This document shows, in pieces, positions 18,899-27,550 of a DNA stretch of 64,000 nucleotides. Position numbers and translations under genes: made by a program. The stretch comes from an uncultured bacterium. Its GTDB lineage: Bacteria; Babelota; Babeliae; Babelales; JACPOV01. Where the stretch lies: the NCBI GenBank assembly GCA_963744715.1, contig CAVUUR010000002.1:65665-129664 (forward strand), given 5' to 3'. The notes beneath the pieces were generated by a model. That model worked only from the letters and a program-made list of their open reading frames with translations, was not told where the DNA came from and made no database searches. Each line of letters begins with the position of its first letter. Position 1 is the first letter of the stretch.

Positions 18899-20947
18899 TT
18901 AATCCCAGTCAGAACTTTCTTCTTGCGTAACGCCAAACTTTTCCTCTTGTTCTGCAAATTGTTTTGTTCTAGCAGCCACCGCTTCTTGCATCGCTTGTAA
19001 AAAAGCACTTTGTTCCGGATTTTCTTTTTGTGCATTTTCTTTTTCTAGATTTTCTAAGGATTTTTTTAATCCCTCGAGATTACGTCCTCTCTGCTCAAGA
19101 CGATCTCTAGCGTTAAGAAGATCTCCTAAAAATCCTTGAGGTTTGTTATTTTTATCAACAGTTACCGCTGATTTTTTTTCATCATTTTTTTCTTCATCTG
19201 CAGGATGCGCCGATGCCTTTACTACTTCCAATACACTGACATTGCCTTTTTTTTCTTTTTCTTTAATAAGCACACTTTGATCACGTTCAAGCTTCTGCCC
19301 CATCGTCCCCAAGTTTATAACTGTATCGACAAAAAATTGTCCTAAAAGCGGTGAATTGGTTCTGGATTTGGTAAAAACCGAATTGAGCTTGCCGTAAACA
19401 TTTTCTAAAATCCATGCACGAATTGCTAAACTGTTTTGCGATACTTGAGCATTATCAAGCATTGCTGAATATTCATTAACCGCTTTGTTTAATTTTGTAT
19501 AGCTATCAATCAAGGCTGCCGGCTTACCAAGGTTATTAGTAACGTTTTGCATAAGAACATCTAATTGTTTTTTTACTGCATTGAGGGTAATGTTTTCAGG
19601 CAACGGTTTTTCATCACCTAATTCTGTAGGGCGGGGATTTCTACCATGTCTATCAACGTATTGCACGAATATATTGTTAATATCTTTTTCTTGCTCAATA
19701 CCTTTGCGCGTAAACTCAATCAGTCTGCTCAGCAACGTTATTCTTGCCTCTAGATTGAGTCCAGGATTTGCAATAAGCGTATTCAAAACTCCATCTGCCA
19801 CAGTTGTATACGCATTTTTTATTATTTCTTTTTGCGCTCCCAGCTCTTCGGCAGAAAGTTGACTGAGGTTAATTTTTTCAACGTTTGCAAGATTTTCAAA
19901 AAAAGTGGTAACTACAGGATCGCTAAACGCTTTGATAGGATCTTTCTTTATGCGATCATATACATCATCTGTTTGACTTTTTATAGCATCACGTTGCTGT
20001 ATCAGCATTTCTTTGTTAATTTCTGGAACAACGATATTTGCTTTTCTTTCTAATTCTTGTCTTAGCGATGGCGCAATGCCAAATGATTTCAGTGCTGCAT
20101 CTATTTTTTGATTAATAGTATCGCGTATTGATACTGCAACTTCTTTACCACTCAACGCACTACCTAACTGCAAAAGCTCGCTCGATAAATTTTCTATTTC
20201 AGTGACAATACTATTTTTTTTAGCATCATTAATAGCACCTCTTTGTAATGCTTTTTGATATAATTCTAATGCAGTAAGATGCTTTTCTATTTTTTGTTTT
20301 ACATCATCAATCGCATGAGCAAGCTTTACCGAATTTCTTGCTCTGGCCAATAAGCCAGTTCTACCAAACTCGCTATATAATTTGTCTAACGTATTACGTA
20401 TATCTGCAACGGCATTCTTATTGCCTAATAACTCATACAATACAATTTTATTTTCATTAAAAAAAATTGCTATGCGAGCTTTTACCCCGTTCCACAATGA
20501 AAGTTCTTTTTCGATTTCCTCTGGTGACTCGTTACCTATTGGCTCCAACAAACCACTTAATTCTTTTACATATTTGGCAAGTAGTTGTTGTGTTTCCGGT
20601 TCATCAAGAACACCTTTTATGTTTTTTGATTCTTCAGTAATACTATTGATGCTCTTTTTATCAGCCTCGAGTTGTTTATTAAGTATTTTTTCTCTGCTTT
20701 CACGCTCACGCTCCGGCATTGTTTCAGAAAATTTTAATGATCTTAATTCCAATTCAGTATCGTGCTTTTTTTTATCTAAATCTTTAAGACGCTCTTCATT
20801 TTTTTCATATTTTTTTTCTAAATCATAGGCTTCTTTGCCCGTCGAAGGCTTTTCAATAGCTTCTTTCATAGCAAGTAAGGATGGAAAACATAAACACGAA
20901 CAAATAACGGTATACAAAAATTTCTTAATCACAATTCTATCCCTCAA
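18899..20947 (-). CDS. Secreted coiled-coil protein, paralogue 2 (unknown function)
   Basis: 682-aa ORF with signal-like FLYTVICSCLCFPSLLA. LYSEFGRTGLLARARNSVKLAHAIDDVKQKIEKHLTALELYQKALQRG matches LYTEFGKQGLLERARNNKELAKVLDNLNDKISAHFAALQDYKDALTKG in paralogue 1. 12-nt gap to the next gene. Confidence 0.7.
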   Translation of the reverse strand: MRDRIVIKKFLYTVICSCLCFPSLLAMKEAIEKPSTGKEAYDLEKKYEKNEERLKDLDKKKHDTELELRSLKFSETMPERERESREKILNKQLEADKKSINSITEESKNIKGVLDEPETQQLLAKYVKELSGLLEPIGNESPEEIEKELSLWNGVKARIAIFFNENKIVLYELLGNKNAVADIRNTLDKLYSEFGRTGLLARARNSVKLAHAIDDVKQKIEKHLTALELYQKALQRGAINDAKKNSIVTEIENLSSELLQLGSALSGKEVAVSIRDTINQKIDAALKSFGIAPSLRQELERKANIVVPEINKEMLIQQRDAIKSQTDDVYDRIKKDPIKAFSDPVVTTFFENLANVEKINLSQLSAEELGAQKEIIKNAYTTVADGVLNTLIANPGLNLEARITLLSRLIEFTRKGIEQEKDINNIFVQYVDRHGRNPRPTELGDEKPLPENITLNAVKKQLDVLMQNVTNNLGKPAALIDSYTKLNKAVNEYSAMLDNAQVSQNSLAIRAWILENVYGKLNSVFTKSRTNSPLLGQFFVDTVINLGTMGQKLERDQSVLIKEKEKKGNVSVLEVVKASAHPADEEKNDEKKSAVTVDKNNKPQGFLGDLLNARDRLEQRGRNLEGLKKSLENLEKENAQKENPEQSAFLQAMQEAVAARTKQFAEQEEKFGVTQEESSDWD

Positions 20948-21064
20948 AAAATCCTGCTATCCACTATGATTCAAGAGGTATAGTAATCAATACATGAAAT
21001 GGAAATCAATAATATTATCTGATGAGAAAAAATGCTCAATGAAAAAAATAAAATGTTATAATAG

Positions 21065-21979
21065 TTAGGCTACCGTATTAAAAAATTTATCTACTCGTTG
21101 TTGATATTCGGTAGAACAATCATTAAAAATTCGTGCATGACCCGATTGGTCAACCAACCATAAATCTTTAGAAGTTGCCACTTTTTCATAAATCATTTTT
21201 GCATCGGTACTCGGTGCGGTATCATCCTTCATAGAATGAATAATAAATATCGGGATTTTTATTTGCTCAGCCCACACTAATGAATTTACTTCAGCTAAAG
21301 AGAATTGCATGAGATATTCAAAAATAAAACGCCCTAAAATAGCAAAAGGGAACATCGGCAATTTATATCGTTTGGTCATAGTTCGCTGAGCTTGTTCATC
21401 AAGCCTTAAAAATGGAGAATCCAATACTAATCCCTTGATTCCTTCACACTCGCATGCAGCAGCTAATAAACTTACCGCCCCCATGGAAATACCAATAGCA
21501 AAAATTGGCAAATCTTTTGTTTTTTCATGGGTTTTCAATACGTTAACTGCAGCTAAAACATCTTTTTTCTCGTTGTAGCCAATTGTTGTGCGATTTCCAT
21601 CACTTTCACCGTGAGCACGATAGTCAAACAATAATATATTGTCATCCGGAAACATTGAAGCAAAAATAAACATACGCTCTTTACTCATTCTATACCCATG
21701 GCACACTAACACATTACGTTGAGCACCGTCCCGCGCCAACAGTAATCCCGATAACCGAATGCCATCAAGGGTAGAAAAATTGAGCGGTCGTGCATGAAAA
21801 TCATGCAATAATAATGCACGATTTTTTTCATGTTCCTGTTGACGAATTATTGAATAAACTGGTCTGCCAGTAAATTTTTTGATCATATAATACATGGTCG
21901 TTAAGGCACCAACTGAACATAAACCCACGGTACTCATGAACCCCAATAAAATCGTATGCACCAATGAACGATTTATCAT
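21065..21979 (-). CDS. Alpha/beta-fold hydrolase with N-terminal membrane anchor
   Basis: GISMGAVS nucleophile elbow (GxSxG), HG oxyanion region VCHGY, N-terminal TM. Confidence 0.65.
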   Translation of the reverse strand: MINRSLVHTILLGFMSTVGLCSVGALTTMYYMIKKFTGRPVYSIIRQQEHEKNRALLLHDFHARPLNFSTLDGIRLSGLLLARDGAQRNVLVCHGYRMSKERMFIFASMFPDDNILLFDYRAHGESDGNRTTIGYNEKKDVLAAVNVLKTHEKTKDLPIFAIGISMGAVSLLAAACECEGIKGLVLDSPFLRLDEQAQRTMTKRYKLPMFPFAILGRFIFEYLMQFSLAEVNSLVWAEQIKIPIFIIHSMKDDTAPSTDAKMIYEKVATSKDLWLVDQSGHARIFNDCSTEYQQRVDKFFNTVA

Positions 21980-21988
21980 ATTCCCCCT

Positions 21989-22330
21989 CTAAAAATCAGT
22001 CATTTGAGAACCGGCTAAAAAATGTATATGCAGGTGAAAAACTCTTTGCCCTGCCTGTGCACCATCGTTAACCACAAGCCTAAACGCCTGCGGCGATGAT
22101 AATTTTTTTGAAAGATTGCCTGCCATTAATAATACATCAGCAGCCAATTGGCTATCAGCAGAAGTTAATGCTTTAATATTTTCAATATGTTTTTTGGTAA
22201 TAATTAAATAATGAACAGGAGCTTTTGGAGCAATATCTTTGATAACAAGAATATCAGGAGTTTCTTCCACAATAGTACTGGGCACCTTCTTTGCTATAAT
22301 AGAACAAAAAACGCATCCGGTATTATTCAT
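21989..22330 (-). CDS. HIT (histidine triad) family protein
   Basis: 113 aa with HLHIHFL triad. Confidence 0.85.
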   Translation of the reverse strand: MNNTGCVFCSIIAKKVPSTIVEETPDILVIKDIAPKAPVHYLIITKKHIENIKALTSADSQLAADVLLMAGNLSKKLSSPQAFRLVVNDGAQAGQRVFHLHIHFLAGSQMTDF

Positions 22331-22354
22331 AAAAAATCCCTTTTACAGTATAAC

Positions 22355-22441
22355 TGGTGCCGGGAGTCGGACTCGAACCGACATGATGTTGCCACCGCGG
22401 GATTTTGAGTCCCGTGCGTCTGCCAATTTCGCCATCCCGGC
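22355..22441 (-). tRNA. tRNA-Leu (anticodon CAA), class II, CCA encoded
   Basis: Minus-strand read GCCGGGA...CGGGA-CTCAAAA-TCCCG...long variable arm...GTCGGTTCGAGTCCGAC-TCCCGGC-A-CCA. Cloverleaf folded by hand. Confidence 0.85.
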
Positions 22442-22509
22442 GCATGCACACAAGATAAGATTGTATGCACAGGATAGCGTAAAAATGGCCTTTGGTCAAC
22501 GACACCAAC

Positions 22510-24447
22510 TTATCTAACTTCTATCCCTTTATAATGCTTCAACCAGAATTTTATTAATTTAATTTTATTTAAAAATTCTTCTTGTATAACATTCAACTTC
22601 CCAGGAAGTTTTTTTAAGAGGTCTTGGTAGTTACGAATCTCAATTATAAGTTTATCAGCGTCCATGTCACCTAACGTATCAAATTTATAAAAAGGCTTAC
22701 CTGTCTTCCTATCCGTAGTTGCATATTTGTCGTCTACCATTCCCTCAATTTTTTCTTTAATAGGGTTTAATTCGTTATTCTTAGTTAAATCATCCTTTAG
22801 ATTTGTTAATGTTCCTTTAAATTTTTTTATTTTGGTGAATGTTTCTGTTTCAGGCTCAGGATTCTTTACCAGGGATTCATATTCAGCAATATTTGCTAAA
22901 AGATTATTAACGTCGGGTAGCACATTTGGAATTGCTGTTTCATAAGAAAGAATCAATCGACCTAAACTATCAACGCGTTTCTTTTCAAAAAAATCTTCTA
23001 TTGCTTTTATATCAGGTGCTTTTATATCGGGATTAATCGGTTGCTCAAAGTCCCTTGAATAATTTTTGTATTCAGCAATTCTTGCTAACGCATCCTTAAT
23101 AAGCTCATATTCATAGGTCATTCTTTTAGGTACAAGTGTTAGATCTGTTTCGTGCTCATACGGCACTATACCTGCATAATTATTAGTTGCAATAACTTCT
23201 TCATTATTTAACTGATCAAAAAACTTAACAAGAAGCTCTTTAGCAAATTTTAGCACAGGTTCCTCAAGAGATTGAGTTTCATCTTTATATTGAGTTTGAT
23301 CTTTATACCGTTTTATATCGGCTAGTAATGATCCAGGAACGGCATTTTTTATAGTAAATGCATCCATATTCTCTTCTAATGCATGCGCAGCTTCCAACCT
23401 TTCCACGCTCTCTCGATTTTCTTCTTGTTTTCCCATACCAGTAATCGTTTCACCAAACTTCTCATTAGCTTTTTTTATTGCTCCTATTGCTTCTTGCTCA
23501 ATAAATTGATCTGGATTAGTAGAATATCTTTTTAGAGCAGCATCTATTTGCTTCTTGAGAACAGGATCTTGTTTTGGTTTTTTTTCGAAACTTTTTTCTA
23601 AATCTGCTTTTCTGCTTTGTAATGCTCCTTGAAGAGCTAACACTCTCTGTATTTTACCAAAATTGGATGATCTCTTAACCTTTAAAAGTGTCATTAACTT
23701 TGAATAATCGTCTATATCCTTCAATAGAGAAGATATTTGTTCTAAAGTGTACAATTTACCTTTCATTCCACTTTCTGTTACCAACATAGTCTCCAATGCT
23801 TTGTACACACTCTTTAGAAATTCCTTATGAAACTTAGCAAAATTATCGTATTCTCCTATTTTTGCAATTGCTTTAATCTCGTCCGGACATTGCTCTAAAT
23901 AACCATTAATTTCTTTACGTACGCCTTGTAATTTTGCCAGATCCCAATCCTTACCCGTTTTCTCAAATTCTTCCATTACTGATTGTATTTTTTTTGTAAT
24001 TTCATCGCATGTTAATTTTAATTCTTTCTCTTGTTCTCTTTCTTTTAATTCTTTCGCTTTTTGCTGCAGTGCTTTTTGAAATTCTGATAATTCTTGTTCT
24101 TTCTCCGGCAAGCATGCTGCTGCTTCTGGATTTTGCTCAATCTCTTTTTTAATTTCCTCAACCTGCTTAATAATTTCTTCTACTTTTTCTGACGATATTG
24201 TTTCTGGTAAGGTTTGAGTTTTTTCAAATTCTTTTATTGCTGATTCTAAAGGGGGAGGAATGGGAGGAAAATTATGACATGTAGCTGGAGGTAATGGCAA
24301 TGTTTTAATTTCCTGATCTAATTTTTGTAACAACGTAGTAAGTTGTTTAAGGCCTACCTCAATCTGATCTACGCATTGCAATGAGTAAGGAATACTGACA
24401 AGAGCCCATAATAATAATAGCATTACTGATACTTGATATCTTTTCAT
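22510..24447 (-). CDS. Secreted coiled-coil protein (unknown function), downstream of pilC
   Basis: Start set at ATG 24447, preceded by GGAG. Signal peptide MKRYQVSVMLLLLWALVSIPYSLQC, Pro-rich PLPPATCHNFPPIPPP, long Lys/Glu-rich helical regions. Confidence 0.65.
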   Translation of the reverse strand: MKRYQVSVMLLLLWALVSIPYSLQCVDQIEVGLKQLTTLLQKLDQEIKTLPLPPATCHNFPPIPPPLESAIKEFEKTQTLPETISSEKVEEIIKQVEEIKKEIEQNPEAAACLPEKEQELSEFQKALQQKAKELKEREQEKELKLTCDEITKKIQSVMEEFEKTGKDWDLAKLQGVRKEINGYLEQCPDEIKAIAKIGEYDNFAKFHKEFLKSVYKALETMLVTESGMKGKLYTLEQISSLLKDIDDYSKLMTLLKVKRSSNFGKIQRVLALQGALQSRKADLEKSFEKKPKQDPVLKKQIDAALKRYSTNPDQFIEQEAIGAIKKANEKFGETITGMGKQEENRESVERLEAAHALEENMDAFTIKNAVPGSLLADIKRYKDQTQYKDETQSLEEPVLKFAKELLVKFFDQLNNEEVIATNNYAGIVPYEHETDLTLVPKRMTYEYELIKDALARIAEYKNYSRDFEQPINPDIKAPDIKAIEDFFEKKRVDSLGRLILSYETAIPNVLPDVNNLLANIAEYESLVKNPEPETETFTKIKKFKGTLTNLKDDLTKNNELNPIKEKIEGMVDDKYATTDRKTGKPFYKFDTLGDMDADKLIIEIRNYQDLLKKLPGKLNVIQEEFLNKIKLIKFWLKHYKGIEVR

Positions 24448-24510
24448 ATAATTCTCCACACTAAACAAACAATTATTATGATTGATCATAGAAATGCAGT
24501 ACAGAAAAAA

Positions 24511-25713
24511 TCAAGCAATGGAATAGGAAAGGTTAATAATCGGCATATAAATAGCAACAATCATGAGCATAATCAACATGCCCAGTATGATCATTAATAG
24601 TGGTTGCACCACGGTTGCTATAATAAATAAGATTCGATTAATACGCTCTTTATAGATATCGGCTGCTTTCATGAGCATAGTTCCTAAATGGCCAGATTCT
24701 TCACCAAGATGCACGATAGCTATAATATCATCAGTAAATATCTTCTCCATCTGCATTGCCTTGCTGAGCGAATATCCTTGTTGCACGTGTGCACACATAA
24801 CCATGCATTGTGCTTTGAGCTTTTTGTTATGCACGAGATCTACCACCGTAGCAAGTGATCTTCCCACCGGAACTTTGCCTTGTATCAATAAACTTAGTGA
24901 ATATAAGGTATACATCAGTGAATACCGTTTAACTAAAGAACCTATTCCCGGAATTGAAAGCAACATCGTATCAAAATGTTGTTTAATTGCATCAAAGGTA
25001 TACATTTTTTTAAGTACTAAACAGAGTACAATACTCATTGCACCGGTAATAAGTAGCCACGGCGAACGAATTAATAAAGAAAGTGTTAACATCCATTGTG
25101 TAATAACCGGCAACGATTGACCCATCGAAGCAACCATTGATGCAAATACGGGTACGATAAAGGCTAAAATAATACCGCTAATAATGAAAAAGAATAATAA
25201 TGTTATGAATGGCAACACTACAACTTTGCGAACCTTGTTATAAAAATCCTGTTCAATAGAACCAATATCGGCAATCATGGTGAGAGCTTGCACTACATTG
25301 CCACTTTCTTGCCCTGCATTAAGTAATTGAATAGTAACTTGATCGAACAAATCTGGATAGCGGCTAATTGCCTGACTTAAGGTCCCTCCACATTTAATTT
25401 CTTCATTAATATCTTCAATAACGCGGCCGAATGACTGATTTCTTATTTGTTGTTGCAATAACGCCAGTGCATAATCCAAAAAAATATTGGCCTGTAAGAG
25501 TAATGCTAATTGTTTAAAAAAATCAGTGCGTAATGATTTTGAAATTGGCCTGAATAATGAACTCGCTTTCAATTGATGCGCTTGCAATAACGCAATATCA
25601 TTATTCAATAAGGTAGCATCAAGGTGCTCCGCTGAACGAACGCGCTCGGTACCCGTGCGTATGGTGCCGGTAAGGTCGATGCCTTTCCAATTAAAATATG
25701 GCATGTTGATCAA
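24511..25713 (-). CDS. pilC: Type II secretion / type IV pilus platform protein (GspF/PilC family)
   Basis: 400 aa with two T2SS-F repeats (LLNAGQESGNVVQAL; VHLGEESGHLGTML) and 3 TM regions. Confidence 0.85.
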   Translation of the reverse strand: MINMPYFNWKGIDLTGTIRTGTERVRSAEHLDATLLNNDIALLQAHQLKASSLFRPISKSLRTDFFKQLALLLQANIFLDYALALLQQQIRNQSFGRVIEDINEEIKCGGTLSQAISRYPDLFDQVTIQLLNAGQESGNVVQALTMIADIGSIEQDFYNKVRKVVVLPFITLLFFFIISGIILAFIVPVFASMVASMGQSLPVITQWMLTLSLLIRSPWLLITGAMSIVLCLVLKKMYTFDAIKQHFDTMLLSIPGIGSLVKRYSLMYTLYSLSLLIQGKVPVGRSLATVVDLVHNKKLKAQCMVMCAHVQQGYSLSKAMQMEKIFTDDIIAIVHLGEESGHLGTMLMKAADIYKERINRILFIIATVVQPLLMIILGMLIMLMIVAIYMPIINLSYSIA

Positions 25714-25993
25714 CTCTCTGTAATCCCAACAATCTTAATACCTCGTGCAGACTAAATTTTTGATCGATTTTTACTTTTTTAATACGCGATGTTTCCCCAG
25801 CAAGAATATCAATGTTGCTTTTAGCAACGCCGAGAGAATCGGCAAGAAACGTTATTAATTCTTTATTGGCCTTTCCTTTTTCCGGAGCACTTTTTAAATA
25901 ACATTTAAGATTCCCTGTGGCGTCAAGCGCCCAAGCATTCCTGCCGGAAGAAGGAAAAACTTTTACCGTAATAATTAAGGTCATATTCTTCAC
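25691..25993 (-). CDS. DUF167 (YggU/UPF0235) family protein
   Basis: 100 aa. VKVFPSSGRN...KSAPEKGKANKELITFLADSLGV...ILAGETSRIKKVKI is typical of DUF167. Overlaps the pilC start. Confidence 0.75.
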   Translation of the reverse strand: MKNMTLIITVKVFPSSGRNAWALDATGNLKCYLKSAPEKGKANKELITFLADSLGVAKSNIDILAGETSRIKKVKIDQKFSLHEVLRLLGLQRVDQHAIF

Positions 25994-26150
25994 TATTTCA
26001 TCTATTATCGTTGTACCATAACAATCAGATATACAAATAAGCCTAAAGCTATTATTCTAATACATAGCATAAGTATACGCTAAAAAGAAATAAGGCTCTT
26101 GCAGAAAATAACAAATGCTTTATTCTATCCTTTGTTTAGTTACTCTTTAA

Positions 26151-26241
26151 GGAGAGATGGCTGAGTGGTCTAAAGCGCTTGCCTGCTAAGCAAGAGTTCC
26201 AGAAATGGGGCGCGAGGGTTCGAATCCCTCTCTCTCCGCCA
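26151..26241 (+). tRNA. tRNA-Ser (anticodon GCU), CCA encoded
   Basis: GGAGAGA acceptor, anticodon arm CTTGC-CTGCTAA-GCAAG, long variable arm, T arm GAGGGTTCGAATCCCTC. Confidence 0.9.
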
Positions 26242-26262
26242 AAACATTGAAATTATACTAAT

Positions 26263-26339
26263 GCGCCTATAGCTCAACTGGACAGAGCGTCAGACTACGG
26301 ATCTGAAGGTTAGAGGTTCGACTCCTCTTAGGCGCACCA
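26263..26339 (+). tRNA. tRNA-Arg (anticodon ACG), CCA encoded
   Basis: GCGCCTA acceptor, anticodon arm TCAGA-CTACGGA-TCTGA, T arm AGAGGTTCGACTCCTCT. Confidence 0.9.
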
Positions 26340-26340
26340 G

Positions 26341-26640
26341 GCTTCGTTCTACGAACTATGCCTGGCATGCCAACGGCTAAGTAAGATGAGTAAACAGCAT
26401 AAAAAAGAAACCTCGAAGCCTGTCCGGCATAGCCTTTGGGCGACGACGGACCATGAAAAGAATAAGATTATGTATTATAATCAATGCTTCGTTCTGCGAA
26501 CTACGCTGGCACGCCATCTTTTTTAATGAGTTGCTATAATTAACGTTAAAGCGAAAGCTGTCCGCCGAAGCCTTGACGTAGGAGGACTGTAAGCAGACCA
26601 TCCAATTTTTTTGGCTTGGACCCATCGCGTTATGGGTTAA
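26341..26640. repeat. Two tandem ~145-bp GC-rich units of unknown nature between tRNA genes (candidate structured RNA)
   Basis: GCTTCGTTCTrCGAACTAyGC(C)TGGCAyGCCA occurs at 26341-26372 and 26486-26516. CGAA(A)GC(C)TGTCCG occurs at 26414-26426 and 26552-26564. Both units have internal complementarity. Confidence 0.4.
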
Positions 26641-26687
26641 AATAATTGATTTTTACACAAAAAATCGATAAACTTTTTTGAACGCAT

Positions 26688-26779
26688 GGAGAGATGGCAG
26701 AGCGGTCGAATGCGGCGGTCTTGAAAACCGTTATTCCGAGAGATCGGGATCGTGGGTTCGAATCCCACTCTCTCCTCCA
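26688..26779 (+). tRNA. tRNA-Ser (anticodon UGA), CCA encoded
   Basis: GGAGAGA acceptor, anticodon loop CTTGAAA, long variable arm, T arm GTGGGTTCGAATCCCAC. Confidence 0.9.
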
Positions 26780-26817
26780 CTACATCCTTGCATATTCATA
26801 CAAAAAAGATCTTCCTT

Positions 26818-27489
26818 ATGTTTTCTTTACGCACCACCATTTTTTACGTTGCTTTTATAGCAATGGGCTTCCAAGCGGCACTTAATGCTATGGAAGAACA
26901 GTCATCTAATGCGCAAGCTAATACACAAGTATGTTACATTAATACGTTGCCAATTGAGATCATAAGCAAAATTCTGTGTTATAGGTTCGATACTGATGCA
27001 TCTTATGATTATTTTCTTGATAATTCAGAAGTCCCTAGAAATTTTTTACGTACGTGTAAAAAATATTATACTAATGAACGACTAACTACTTATATCATTA
27101 AAGATATTTCTGGATCAACAAGATATGGACCGATTTGGACGCCACTCTTTATTGCTACACCACCCGCAAAGCAGTGGTTACGTGCGTGGATAAACGAATC
27201 AAGAAATATGGAACTTGCAGTTGAAGTATTATTGCAACAAATTCCTAAACCTCATAATGCTTACAAAAGGCACTATCTCGCCAAAATGAAAAATCATGAT
27301 AAATCCTCTTATAATCTAACTATAATGACTTCCCAGGAAAAATTTGAAAAAAATATAGAACAATTATTATCGGTAGGTGTTCCTATCAATAGTGCTGATA
27401 AAAATTGGCAAACAGCATTCATGAAAGCAAAAAAACTGGAGAATACTGAAATGCAGGAATTTTTGATTGCCCATGGTGCAAAAGAATAG
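26818..27489 (+). CDS. F-box-like protein with C-terminal ankyrin-like repeat and N-terminal hydrophobic segment
   Basis: Start at ATG 26818, because the ORF-track start overlaps the tRNA. LPIEIISKILCY matches the F-box core LPxEIxxxIL. LLSVGVPINSADKNWQTAFMKAKKLENTEMQEFLIAHGA is ankyrin-like. Confidence 0.6.
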   Translation: MFSLRTTIFYVAFIAMGFQAALNAMEEQSSNAQANTQVCYINTLPIEIISKILCYRFDTDASYDYFLDNSEVPRNFLRTCKKYYTNERLTTYIIKDISGSTRYGPIWTPLFIATPPAKQWLRAWINESRNMELAVEVLLQQIPKPHNAYKRHYLAKMKNHDKSSYNLTIMTSQEKFEKNIEQLLSVGVPINSADKNWQTAFMKAKKLENTEMQEFLIAHGAKE

Positions 27490-27550
27490 CTATTGATAAA
27501 CCACAAAATTCATACATACTGTACTTGAATTATCTTATCATCATTGTACA

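Noticed and set aside
20382-20828. 148-aa Ser/Phe-rich ORF (and 18576..18863) antisense to the coiled-coil genes
   Set aside because: This is the mirror image of Lys/Glu-rich (AAA/GAA) coding sequence. The low-complexity Ser/Phe/Leu product is an artefact of codon complementarity.
24671-25120. 149-aa ORF antisense to pilC
   Set aside because: The pilC frame has both T2SS-F repeats intact. The antisense ORF lacks any signal or motif.
26377-26625. 82-aa minus-strand ORF in the tRNA spacer
   Set aside because: It has no RBS and an implausible sequence. It spans the GC-rich repeat units, which are better explained as RNA or repeat structure.
26341-26640. Possible tmRNA, RNase P RNA, 4.5S RNA, 5S rRNA or mini-CRISPR in the tRNA spacer
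   Set aside because: I found no tRNA-like 3' end (TTCGA T-loop plus ACCA), no GAGGAAAGTCC P4 motif, and no GGAAGCAGCC SRP motif (only a loose GTAAGCAGACC). There are only two diverged repeat copies and no spacer-repeat periodicity. It stays a finding as an unknown element.
26151-27489. tRNA cluster as an integration site or genomic-island boundary for the F-box gene
   Set aside because: No integrase, no direct repeat of a tRNA 3' end, and no obvious compositional break that I could see.
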